DNA of 63,533 nt, filler included, from Octopus bimaculoides (lineage: Eukaryota): the NCBI RefSeq assembly GCF_001194135.2. It is 7 parts of 6 records of this genome, joined end to end, with 100 filler letters (N's around TTAATTAATTAA, not from the genome) between each part and the next. Parts side by side here need not be neighbours in the genome. Positions count along the whole stretch, not along the records: positions 28,420 to 37,811 come from NC_068992.1; positions 37,912 to 50,918 come from NC_068991.1; 5 more parts are not named here. One strand, given 5' to 3'. Below, one piece after another: positions 36,665-48,809 of this stretch (positions are counted from its first letter, which is position 1; each line of letters begins with the position of its first letter). The translations under genes and the position numbers were made by a program. The notes beneath the pieces were generated by a model. It saw only the letters and a list, made by a program, of their open reading frames with translations. It was not told the DNA's origin and ran no database searches.

Positions 36665-37050
36665 GTAGGCTCAGGAGTGGCTGTGTGGTAAGTAGCTTGC
36701 GACCAACCACATGGTTTTGTGTCATTCTCACTGCGTGGCAAATCAGCAAGTATCTTCTACAATAGCCTTGGGCCGACCAACGCCTTGTGAGTGGATTTCG
36801 TAGACGAAAACACAAAGAAGGCCGACTTTTGTATATACATATATGTGTGTGTGTATACATGTTTGTGTGGCTGTGTCTGTCTCCCCACGATCGCTTGACA
36901 ACTGATGCTAGTGTGTTTACGTCCTTGTAACATAGCTGTTCGGGAAATGGGAGCGATAGAATAAGTCCTACGTTTACAAAAATATGCTCCATGAAATGCG
37001 GTGCTGCTGCATGGCCGCAGTCAAATGACTGAAAGAAGTATAAGAATAAT
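36665..37050 (+). mobile_element. SINE family 1, directly following a family-3 head (36468-36630)
   Basis: Head, (TG)n and tail are recognisable. Confidence 0.75.
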
Positions 37051-37811
37051 TGATGTCGTGGTATTTTGGATGGTCAGTTATTTATTTATTTATTTTTGCC
37101 AAATAAACATCCGCATATAAACTATATAAAGGCCATGGATACATACGAAACGAACCCAGACACAAACACACTCACACATGAAACTTCATGGACAGCCATG
37201 ACGATGTCCATAACACAACTAAAACGGTCAGCAGCAACAGCGGTGAAAGCGATGGCAATAACAACAACTTCCATATTGAGAAAACCGTCGGTGAACACAC
37301 ATACTCAGAGGAATGCAGGAACTGTACCATTTTCATTGATTTTTGTCGGGTCTTAGGAGTGCAGCAGCATAGTGGGAGGAAAGGATGGTGCAGAGGAGAA
37401 GGCCACATTGCAACTAAAATCTATCACACACACAAGCATACACACACACATATATTCACACAAACATACACACACACACAAATAAAAAAGGATACAAATG
37501 CATGCGCACATAAAGATAAACGTCTCTAGAAGAACAGAATGGAGTAAGTGGAGCAAGAAGACACACCGTAACGAAAGGTGTTGCTGAAGATGTCACAGAT
37601 GTGTGACGAAATATTTCCGGACAATGAACATAAAGATAAGATAATAAACGAGTGATGACAAAAGCAAAAATATCTATAGTGTGTGTGTTTACTTGGTAAA
37701 TAAATATACAAATAAATAAAATGACGATTCAGAAATAAAACAATGTCTCTTTCAAAACACGATTTCACTTCAGGAATCTTGCAAAGCGAATTGAAAAACG
37801 TAATTATATAT

Positions 37812-37911
37812 NNNNNNNNNNNNNNNNNNNNNNNNNNNNNNNNNNNNNNNNNNNNTTAATTAATTAANNNNNNNNNNNNNNNNNNNNNNNNNNNNNNNNN
37901 NNNNNNNNNNN
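37812..37911. other. Artificial scaffold-joining spacer
   Basis: 44N-TTAATTAATTAA-44N. Confidence 0.95.
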
Positions 37912-38229
37912 AGACCTGGAAATAGAGATAACTCGAATGTGGAATCTAAAAACAGAAACAATTCCTATCATAGTAGGTGCCTTAGGTATAATAAAAAAAT
38001 ATTCAGACAAATACATAACAAAAACACCAGGACTTACAAATATATATAACATACAGAAAATTGCACTACTGGGTACTGCACACATTCTACGCAAAACACT
38101 TTCAATACAGTAAACATAAGAGCACCACAGCAAACCACAGCACATACCCAAGGCGCACAGAACTGCGCTCGGTAGTGAAGTGAAAGCACGTTATAAAAAT
38201 AAAACTACTGAATAATAATAATAATAATA
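37912..38229 (+). mobile_element. R4/Dong-clade (RLE) LINE 3' end with (AAT)n tail
   Basis: Stop-free DLEIEITRMWNLKTETIPIIVGALGIIKKYSDKYITKTPGLTNIYNIQKIALLGTAHILRKTLSIQ* (37913-38113), then a short 3' UTR and AAT repeats. Confidence 0.85.
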
Positions 38230-38749
38230 ACAATAAGTAGATTCACTCCTGCGGGCAGTATTTTCAGTATATTTATTGATAATAAGATTCGATACGAAAT
38301 TGGAGGTAAAAAGTGCCAAGGAATAGTTGATAAGAGGACAAAAAAAAGAAGAAAGAAAGAAAAAACCTAAAACCAATACGATGCTACGTGGTATAATGAT
38401 GCAAAGATAAAGGACTGGTATTCTATCATGGCCTTAGTTATGATGGTTAAAACGACACAAAATATCCAATAGAATTGGGCTAAACATAAACTTACAAATG
38501 CTATCCCCCAGAAACTTCTAAAAGTATGTAATGAAGTGAAGTGCACTAAGTAACTGCAAAATATAGAAAGTGGGCAAGAAACAATGGCATTCTCTCTGTC
38601 TATCCTGTCTTAGGCAAAAGAGAATACATTTGAAGGAATTACAGAGTAGGAGCTTTACAGAAATTATGCCAGCATTAGGAAATACTGACAAAGAGATTGC
38701 ATAAACCTGCTGTGAGCAACCTGAACTCTGTGAGACAATGAAAAACTAC

Positions 38750-38951
38750 CTTGAATTTTTCAGTAGTGCAGCCCTTCCTGAAGATAGCTATATCTCTAGA
38801 AAGATTGTCCATGCCTGGTATAAACATGCATAAGTAAAATTTCAGATAATGAAAAAGTGACAAATCTCTGCGATGTCCCCTTTCACAGATAAAGGGAATA
38901 GCACAACCAGGCACTTCGTCGTACATAATGTGTTGGGTACTTTCAATATAG
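38750..38951 (-). CDS. Candidate internal exon, unidentified protein
   Basis: Strong acceptor TTTTTCGTTGTTGTGTTGTCAG; 67 open codons YIESTQHIMYDEVPGCAIPFICERG...CTTEKFK; donor AAG|GTAGTT. Confidence 0.45.
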
Positions 38952-39559
38952 CTGACAACACAACAACGAAAAACAAATGAAAACTGCATGTAGCCTCTGA
39001 TACATAGCCAGTCGACTTTCTGGAATCGATTGTTAAATCTTCTCTTTACACCTCATTGTAAGTTTGTTTGATTAGATATGCCCCGGGGTAAACAACAAAA
39101 ACAACACTGGCCATACTACTTTGTTAAAGAACGGAGCAACAACGTAATCTGATGATTATGGTCGACAATTTAATCGTTCCTGCATGACACAGCAACTGTT
39201 TGACTTCAGCTTAGAGACAGGCAATTCGAGGACACACGTCAAATATTTATGTTGTATTGTTCACACTGACGTGCACATAAATTTTGAAACGAGTTGTAAA
39301 TGCTCCTCAGTATCACACCCAAGTCAAGCATTTCCAGACGTTATGCATGGTAATAGTTATTATTCTATTTGACATAAAGGTAACGAAAGAAGAGGGCATA
39401 ACAAAGACAAATTACGATAAAGTAGTGAACTACGCAGAATCGAACTAAGAAAAAAAAACAAAAAAACAAGAGAAAAATTCAACAATCAGCTGTAAAAATA
39501 ACAACAGTATACAATATGCGTATGGAATAAAACAAACCAATAGGGGGTCACCATTCTTG

Positions 39560-40020
39560 ACAGTCTTAAGCACCAGTTACTAAATTCACTAACGGGACAT
39601 CTCTCTACTCTAACCTAATCTTCTCCTCTTAATCAAAACATATTGGAGCTTCGAACAAGATGCAAAAGATGGTAATAATAGAGGCAATGCATCTGTTTAT
39701 TTTCTGTGTCTGATCTTTCAGAGAGAGTTTCCTCTCAACCCATTTTTAAGTGATACAGGCTACTTTTGCTTTACAAAAATTCAACTACAAATCAGGTCCG
39801 AACCAAATGCAAAGTAATTTCAAGGGATTCGCGGTACAGTGTTCTAGTACGCTGCTAAATATGTGTTTTTCTTCTCTTGTGCCTATCTGTCACCGACTTG
39901 TCTTAATTAAGAGTTTTTCTGTCAAAGCCTCGTAGTTCCTCAATACATGTCGACCATTTTGATATGTCCTGAATAGAATCCTTGCATTCCCTTCCAGCAA
40001 AATGATCTTTCAACCACTGC
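39560..40020 (-). mobile_element. Degraded Tx1/L1-clade LINE RT C-terminal fragment
   Basis: LCIWFGPDL* and KWVERKLSLK are homologous to 47871-48122 (LGFWLGSDLQ...KWGVKKLSLK). Confidence 0.7.
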
Positions 40021-40332
40021 AGCTTCTATATCAGTGGCTCAACGAGTCAAGAAGTACAGGAAACACGTCACTGGATGGATACCCTCAACAGAACATGATT
40101 GTGATCACTACGATTTCGATAAGTGGCCATTTACTCTGACCTCCGAGTGTGGTAAGCAGCTTGCTTCCCAACAACATAGTTCCGACTTCAGTGCCACTGC
40201 GTGGCACCTAGGTCAAGTATCTTCTAATATGGATTCAGGCCGACCAAAGCCTTGTGAGTGGATTTGGCAGACGATAACTGTAAGAAGTCCGTCATGTACA
40301 CACACACACACACACACACACANNNNNNNNNN

Positions 40333-40368
<36 letters not shown>

Positions 40369-40644
40369 TTATTTATTTATTTATTGATCCATTTGTGTGC
40401 CTTCTTTGTGTCTGTGTCCACCACCACCACCGCTTGACGACAGATGTTGGCGCATTTATGTCCCAGTAACCTAGCAGTTCGGTAAAAGACGTGTGTCAAG
40501 AGAACAAAGGAAAGAACAAATGTACCATACATCACTAAGTCTTATAGAAAATTCCATCCATCTATAATTTCGATCAACTGAAAGAGGTGTGCCTAGCATA
40601 CTCATCGAATAGAGGTGTGAGTGCGTGTGTCCAGTCTTACTCAC

Positions 40645-40888
40645 AGCTACCAAAGTCATTGACCTGAGGTCGATTAACGAGTGACCAGGCTCCCAAAACC
40701 GGTATTAGGTCACATGCATTTATATACTCGGCTCTCAGTATAGACATGTGAGTATTGACAGTGGACTCGTATACAGGGTAAATACTTTCGCTAGAGTAGT
40801 TACTGTCGTCGTGGTTGTTATTGCTGATGGTAGTATTCTTGTCGTTGACGTCGGGTGCAATTGCATTTTTCTGTTCATCCCAGCGTCT
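40645..40888 (-). CDS. Candidate exon, unidentified protein
   Basis: 81 open codons ending ...YPVYESTVNTHMSILRAEYINACDLIPVLGAWSLVNRPQVNDFGS at a consensus GTGAGT donor. The acceptor is weak. Confidence 0.35.
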
Positions 40889-41699
40889 CTACTAACAATG
40901 GTCGAGATCATGGATTTGTTAGGATTGATGGTAGCTTTAGTCATGCTGCTGCTGCTGTTAAGTCTGATGGTGACGGTGATAGTGATTGTGTTGTTATTCT
41001 TTGAACTTTGAACTAGAGAAAAGCTGTCCGATGAAGTCTCCTGCCCGCCTTTCTTCCTCCATTTTCCCTATCGTTTTGTCTTTTCCGGCAGACAAAGTCA
41101 TTTTGGAAAGTGAAAATACATTTAAATAGATTAAAATGGGACTGAAAAAAAACAACAAAAACAATAATAATCCCACTTTTCTCTTCGTTTTAACTCAGAG
41201 ACACGAGGCAAACAGATATTTGATACAAATACATAACGACAGAAACCGACAACTTCTTTTTAAACTTATGGGGCTGCAAACTGCGTGTTACGCTGCTATG
41301 GTAATTCTTNNNNNNNNNNNNNNNNNNNNNNNNNNNNNNNNNNNNNNNNNNNNNNNNNNNNNNNNNNNNNNNNNNNNNNNNNNNNNNNNNNNNNNNNNNN
41401 NNNNNNNNNNNNNNNNNNNNNNNNNNNNNNNNNNNNNNNNNNNNNNNNNNNNNNNNNNNNNNNNNNNNNNNNNNNNNNNNNNNNNNNNNNNNNNNNNNNN
41501 NNNNNNNNNNNNNNNNNNNNNNNNNNNNNNNNNNNNNNNNNNNNNNNNNNNNNNNNNNNNNNNNNNNNNNNNNNNNNNNNNNNNNNNNNNNNNNNNNNNN
41601 NNNNNNNNNNNNNNNNNNNNNNNNNNNNNNNNNNNNNNNNNNNNNNNNNNNNNNNNNNNNNNNNNNNNNNNNNNNNNNNNNNNNNNGGGGGGGGGGGGG

Positions 41700-42530
41700 T
41701 TACATAAAATGAAATAATAAAAACAAAAACGTAAGTTAACACGGTTTACAATAAAACAAAGGGAAGTAGACATAATATACATCAGTGAAAGGAAAGAAGA
41801 AGGGAAAAAATATAATTGTGTTGTGGTCCTCTTGATACAGGAGGACCTCTAGGGATAATCGAGGAGCCCTGCCGTCCAAGATCTTCTTGAACACCGAGGC
41901 AGGTGCCCTCTACACATCCTGCTTCCCGATTTATAGGTCTATATTTAGAGCAGTGCTATCCACTCTTACCATTTTTGTAACTTACCCTCGCCTTTCTATA
42001 AACTCATTCGAGGACAACACCTCCCTCTCGACCTTCACTTTCCTTTTCAAGTGAAACTTGAAGAAATCGATGAGGGATGTCCAAAGAGGAATGTTTCTGC
42101 CCTCATGCCTTTCAGTCTCGTCTACCAGACTACCACTTTCGCAATCACCATCAGAGAATGGAAAACCACATTACCTGCCCTTTTAAACGAAGGCGGCGGG
42201 GAAATCATCATTGTGTACTCTACCAATACAGGGATCCGTCTCACACGTAAGAACAGGTGTTCGACATAACTCCACATGTCAGCTATGCCCGGACGCTGAA
42301 CGAATGCAGGCAGGATGGTCTCGTTGCTTTGTGCACCCATTGGACAAGCCCGTCTGACAACACATTCCTATCTGTAGAATTTATCTCGAACCGGTAGCAC
42401 TCCTCAGTAGTACTGTCAGATCAAGGAGATCTAGAAAGTATCCATGTTAGTTCCAGAGGTGGTGGTTTCAAATCTCTTCGGGAAATTACAAGACATCTAA
42501 TTGAATTTTTTTTATTTAGGCAACAAAATT
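41700..42530 (-). mobile_element. Tx1/L1-clade LINE 3' end (Cys/His-motif region of ORF2 and 3' UTR)
   Basis: QSNETILPAF...WSYVEHL...FFKFHLKRKVKVEREVLSSNEFIER, followed by a T-rich 3' UTR. Confidence 0.8.
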
Positions 42531-43363
42531 TCATTCTTTTAAGCGTTACTCACGGGTCAGGTACGTAAAAAAAACAAATTGGTGTATTAATATTATTGAT
42601 AATAATGATAATTCTTTCTACTTTAGGCGCAAAGCCTGAACATTTAAAGGAGGAGATCAGTCGATTAAATCGATCCCAATACTCGACTGGTACTTGTTTT
42701 ATCGAACCCGAAATGATGAAAGGTAAAGTCGACCTCGGTAGAATTGAAACTCAGAACGTAAAGACGGACGAAATGCTGCCAAGCATTTTGTCCCGCATGC
42801 TAACGATTCTGTCAGCTCGCCGCCTAATGGCTTCAGATTTTGGCACAAGGCCAACATTTTCTGGGAGTTGGGGTAAGTCGATTACAACGACCCCAGTGCT
42901 CAACTGGTACTTATTTCATCAACCCCGAGAGGATGAAAGGAAAATCCATCCTCGGCGGAATTTGAACAAAAAATTATGATAGTGATTGATTTCTCTTATT
43001 AGCCATAAATTCCTCAAAGTCATTGAGGACACGATAAAAGTAAGCAATAAAAAACACGCGCGTAGCATATTTAAAGCAAACAACAGTACAGATATAATAC
43101 AAAACATTTACAAAACAAGGCACATTTACACGTACTGTTGTTTCTTGTCTTTCTTGAGTCGCTAATCAGAATGCCGAAAATGTAGCAAAATTTATAGCCA
43201 TACGTCATCAAGTTGTAGGAAATATAACTCCCAAGGAAATTATACGGGGTTGAGGGAGAGTCTAATAGTATCTTTAGAGCTGTTCAGCCAGTTGAAACTG
43301 CCTTACCTTCTATCGAATGCATTTTCCACGCTATGTGAGAAGCGTTTTCTTATCAGTTATGCA

Positions 43364-43967
43364 GGCGTAGGCATAACTATGTGATAAGAGGTTTGTTTCC
43401 CAACTATATGATTCCAGGTTCAGTTCTACTAAGTGGCACCTTGGGCAAGTGTCTTCTATTAATAGCCCCAGGCCAACCAAAGCCTTGAGAGTGGATTGGG
43501 TTGACGGAAACTGAAAAAGTCTGTCGTATATATATATATATATATATAAGGATAAGACGGTTATTTAAATAACGTTCGAACCAAGTGGCAGCATGGGGAG
43601 AAAAAAAACCTTATAGGCTATAATTATTATCAAAGTTATAAATAAGGGTATCTAAGAGATACCATCATGCTCGAAATAGCAGTCAAAATCTGACTCTAAA
43701 ACCACATCATGAACACATGATATATGTATGTATGTATGTATGTATGTGTGTATTTGTGTGTCTGTGTTTGTCCCCCAACCATCGCATGACAAGCGATGTT
43801 AGTATGTTTACGTCCCTGTAACTTAGCGGTTCCGCAAAAGAGACCAATAGAATAAGTACTAGGCTTACAAAGAATAGGTCCTGGGGTCGATTTGTTCGAC
43901 TAAAGGCGGTGCTCCTGCATGGCCGCAGTCAAAGGACTGAAATAAATAAAAGAATAAAGGAATAAAA

Positions 43968-43970
<3 letters not shown>
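43364..43970 (+). mobile_element. SINE family 1 with an ~180-bp foreign insert in its central microsatellite
   Basis: Head at 43364-43545 and tail at 43725-43970, separated by unrelated sequence. Confidence 0.7.
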
Positions 43971-44003
<33 letters not shown>

Positions 44004-44174
44004 CAATGTTAAATCTCTGAACGAGGTATTAACAGTAACTGCACGATAAAGTGAAGTATATTTGCCACTTAAATGTGGCTGACCCCGAGGGGTGGATGTT
44101 ACTGTTGCTTTTAGCCCCAGGAGGACATCTCCTCCACCTCCTATATATATATATCCTGCTAGCAATATACATTG

Positions 44175-44630
44175 TATATACAGGATGCAGCGCTCATAAT
44201 AACCAGCTCGCGGAAGATCTGCCTGGGGTCAAACTAGTAGTAACATGGGACAGCCACTTTGATACAGCGCTTAACTTTACTTGTTAGTATAGTTACTGCT
44301 CCGATCTCTTCTTGAGATTTTGCAATTCGCTATTTTGCTTGTTGCAAATCAGTAACCGATAGTCACTTTGTTTACGGTATATTGTTGGCTGGAGAGGACA
44401 ATGACTATAACTCTAGCGACTAAAAATGAGCCAACCAGCTCGAAACTGTGTCAGTCGCCCGATCCAGTTGTCTGCTAGAGGATGGTAGGGATTCGCTCCC
44501 CCTGCTAGTACTATGTATTCTATATACAGGGTGCAGTGCCGCACAAATAACCAGCTGGCGGAAGATCTGTCCTGGGTGAAACTAGTAGTAACATGGAACA
44601 GCCACTTTGATGTGTGTGATTAATTTTACT

Positions 44631-44633
<3 letters not shown>
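44175..44633. repeat. ~110-bp direct repeats (44175-44284 and 44521-44633) flanking a ~235-bp core
   Basis: Both read TATATACAGG.TGCAG...AACCAGCT.GCGGAAGATCTG...AAACTAGTAGTAACATGG.ACAGCCACTTTGAT...TTTACTTGT. Confidence 0.8.
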
Positions 44634-44701
<68 letters not shown>

Positions 44702-45247
44702 ATATATGTATGTGTCTCTGTGTTTGTCCCCTAATATCGTTGGACAACAAGGAACCATAAGGAGACGGCAATCATTCATGAAGACGGAGAGATCACCATG
44801 TATGTATGTATGAATGTGTGTATGTATGTATATATGAAGTCGATGCATGTCAATATTTGCTGCATTGGTGCATCTAGAATGTTGTGTTACAGTTGTCTAG
44901 GTGAAACACTGTGTTGGTAATCAGGAGGTCATATGTTGTACAGGTTTCCAACAGTAGATAACCGTTAATAATGAATGCATAAATGCGAAAATGATTTGAA
45001 TTTGTAGATATAGTAGATTTGTCGAGTGCCAAAAGAGAATGGCATGAAATTAGCATTTTTGTTATAAAGTCGAGAAGGTGTATTTAACAATTAACCTTTT
45101 TTCACCTAATGGAGTAGACCAAATTCTGCGTTATTTTCAATGAACTTTTCGCATTTCGCATTAATGCAGATATGTAGCTTATTTATTATTAAATATAATA
45201 ATATAAGCTATTTACATTGTTAAATAAAGTTCATCATAATATTTTTC

Positions 45248-45329
45248 TACCCGCAACTCACATAGGCAAAACAAGAAGAAAAATAACGAACTAAACTAGC
45301 CATAGTTTTGCCTATGTGAGTTGCGGGTA
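45248..45329. repeat. Perfect 25-bp inverted repeat with 32-nt spacer
   Basis: TACCCGCAACTCACATAGGCAAAAC / GTTTTGCCTATGTGAGTTGCGGGTA. Confidence 0.9.
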
Positions 45330-45548
45330 ACTGCTATCTGTTGGAGTTTCAGCATTTTTAGCTGCTATTTCTGAACTTCGGTATGTGGTGAAGCAACCTG
45401 TTGCTGAACCCTTAATTTTGTTTATAAACGTATAAGAACTTTTAAATAAGTTCCACACCGATAATGGTGCTTACATACCGAAGGGCTTGGTAAAAATTAT
45501 TAATTATTAATTTATTAATAAATTGATAATCCTTTCCCCTTTTAATTG

Positions 45549-45585
<37 letters not shown>

Positions 45586-46139
45586 CATACATGCATTCAT
45601 ACATAAACACACACACACATGTAAATAGATCTAGACATACATACAGACAGGTAGACAAACAGAACCAAAGAACCTACAAAATAGTCTCCTGTCATTACAA
45701 TGACCAAAGAAAACGTCAAGAGCAACAAAAGCAACAAAACTACTGACACAGCAACAGGCAGACATGTCACCACACTAAGTAACAACAGGGAAACTCATAA
45801 CCACAACCACAGCAGTAAACACCAAAAGAAAGCTCGAGAAACAAGCAGTAGCGACATCAAGAGCAACATTAACCAAACACAAAAATCATAAGCACCAGCA
45901 GTGCATACGTACAAAAACAACTTCAAGTAGAAACGAAAGGGGCGACATTTTGGGGATTCATCTCCCCAAACATCCAAAAACAGACTATTGAAGATGTCGC
46001 TGACATCTACAAGTTATTAATGAATAAATTTCTTCGTAGCGTCGGAATTTTCCAAAAAATAATGGTGAAAAGGCTATTGTGGAATGATTTTCGAGGAACA
46101 CCAAAAGAGAAAACCACGATGTATGGTTGTACTTCGATA

Positions 46140-48155
46140 AAAAATTATGAATATATAAGACCTTCGGATGGCTTGGAAGTAAGATCATTTACTCAACAAT
46201 GTTAGATCATTAGATGTGGAAATGGTATTCTTTAGCGACACAAGAATTTTTGGAGCTCGTGTCTATCTTTGATGACCATGAGGTATACTTGCTTTTTGGA
46301 CAGCGAGAATCGAGCGGTGGGGCAGTAGTGTTACTTTAGAAAGGTTTGATTCTCGAGGTATGGGCAACCAATTTGGACTCGGGTGGCAAGTCGATCCTGC
46401 ATTTCTCCAGGCGTCTAGAAGCTTTCTTGAGAACGTGTAACTTTTTAGTACTAGTGGAGGACTGGAATTATATTTTAGACACATATTAGGAATGTGTGAC
46501 GTTAGTCCACATTAAATGTGGATGCAACAACTTTGCAAAGCTGATCGGGCATTTCCAACTGTTTGACCAGTGGACAGAGATTGTGTAGGGTCTCCACAAT
46601 TTCAAATTAGTCGACTACACAGACAGCACATTTGTGATCTGTACGATTGGTTTAGATAGAACCTGTAGGTAGAAATAAGGTGACTGAAAGCTGAACGCAT
46701 TTTTCCTGGAGCCAAAAGCTACAGAGACAAAATTATTGATAACCTCAACTGACAATTATTAACGTCAACAACAGATGATAAAACATTCTGAAGAGGGTGA
46801 TTAGAACACAATCGATAAGATTAGCAAAGAGTAGCGTGTGAAAAACAGTGAGAATGTGTCATGGCAGTAGATTAGAAAGACGTGTTAACGGATTTATTCA
46901 AAGTGAAACACTGAGATTACGTTCTCAGAAGTAAGGCGCAAGACAAGAAGAAAAGGAAACCATCTGGAGGGCACAAGTGGCAGAGACGCGACATGATTAC
47001 AAAGCCATGAATGGGACTTTCAGCGAGTGATACGGGTGCATGCTATTCTATTCTAGGCGGACGAGCACAGCTACCCAAGGATACTGTGATCAGCTATACG
47101 GGATCGGTAGTGGATTGCAGACAGGAGATTTTTGTGCCAACCACAACGGATCGCAACGCTGTCATTGGTGGAAGATGCAGGGTGCTACAAAAGTCCGATA
47201 ACATCAGATGACATACGAATGGCGGAAAGTAGTTGGCAGGCGTCTGCTACAAATAGTAGCAGAACGGACGGCTTTCTAGTTCTGTGAGCCGGGTTAAGGT
47301 AACAATGCTAAGGAAGGAATCGAAAAAGGAGTTAGGTGTGTATATAGATAATTTCCGTCCCATTATTCTTTTGATTACAGATCTTAAGATTTTAACCAAA
47401 ATTTTAGCAAAGAGGTTGGCATTTAGATCACAAGAAATGTTCCGACAGAGTCAACCATTACTACTTAGTAGCGGTTCTCAAAGCAGCCACTTTCAGTTCC
47501 GCTTTGAGAGGTTAGATCGCTGTAATGCACAACGGTATCTGTTCAGTGGTCAAAGTAAACGACCACTTCTCGGAACTGTTTCGCATCGCACACTCTATTC
47601 GTTGGGGACGACTTCTTGAAACTCATCTGTATGTACTTTCTCTCGAATCACTACTTCGAAAGGTGGAGCTGTAGAGAAGAAGGGCATCTCATCTGAACTA
47701 GGATAAGGAAGGTCCGTATTGGCATATGCGGACGTCGTCATTGTCATGATGTCAGATACTGCCCAAGTAATGGTGGTTACATCCTGAAGGAATACGAGGC
47801 GGTGGCAGATGCAAAGGTTAATCTCAACAATTCAGTGTGCTTACATATCAGTAATTAGAGAGGCAAGTCGATGCCGCCTGATGGCACTGCGATACGTTGG
47901 ATCGACGGATTGGTTGCAATGCTCGGGTTCTGGCTCGGTTCCGACCTTCAAAGGAACCGGAACTGGAAGGAGGTAACGAACAGAGTGGCCAGAATTACTC
48001 AGAAATGGGGCGTAAAGAAGCTATCCCTTAAAAGTCGAGTAGGAGTGGTGAACGCCAACATCAGCTTCATTGTTTTCCTACCATCGTTTACAACTTTATC
48101 AGATTGGAGTGTCTATTCCTAGGATTTTTTGTGGATGCTGGAGGTTCCTTCCGTT
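46140..48155 (+). mobile_element. Decayed Tx1/L1-clade LINE ORF2 (APE endonuclease + RT)
   Basis: LLNNVRSLDVEMVFFSDTR and LVLVEDWNYILD (endonuclease), NFRPIILLITDLKILTKILAKRL (RT), AYADV at 47722. Many stops and frameshifts. 45690-46130 may be the ORF1 end. Confidence 0.85.
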
Positions 48156-48809
48156 AACCCTAAAGTCACTCTTGTATCAGGAAGGTTACATAATCATGAC
48201 CATTTCCATATTTAATGTTATATATCTATATATCAGTATTGTATATTTGTTTTAATCATTCGATTAGAATATATGAATGGCAATGCTGCTATTGACGGGT
48301 TATGAGGAAAATTTAGCAGCTGATGTCTTTCATTTCTTAAACAACCACCAAATGTTTTTGTATCATCCACCTCCTCCGTCGCCCTGGAGCTGTAGACTTC
48401 AAAACAATTAGCAGGGGACATTTATTTGCCTTAGTGGTCAGGCTGACCGTGAATTTTGACGGGTTCTCACGAGTAGAACTGGGATGCCTTACACCTTTTC
48501 GGAAAATTTTACCTAGCTTGAATGTCTCTTCCACCACTTGTTTACACATATTTTTATGTAATCCCACCCTAGATCATGCTGTACCGTCCATGACATTTTT
48601 GTCAACCTTTGTAGATAATAAAGAGAGAATTATTTATTTATTTATTTGATTTTTTTCTTTGGAATGCGTTCTGCGGTCAACGAAACAAAAGCTGTGGAGA
48701 ATAGGAATTACAGGGATTGGTTAGTGAATATAGAGTTAACGCTCGACATTTGACATTGTTATATATTGCCATATACATACATACATACATATGAGTTTGC
48801 TTAAAAAAA

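Noticed and set aside
37172-37529. ORFs resembling a TM/GPI tail (-) or an acidic N-terminus (+)
   Set aside because: Composition is explained by degenerate AAC/AGC trinucleotide sequence; there are no clear splice signals.
24380-40888. Joining the 38-41 kb minus-strand exons to the 24-26 kb terminal exons
   Set aside because: They lie on different scaffolds separated by artificial spacers.
1500-43440. tRNA genes at SINE heads (GGTTCAGTCCC / GAGTTCAAATTCC boxes)
   Set aside because: They are followed by SINE bodies and lack full cloverleafs; they are treated as SINE promoters.
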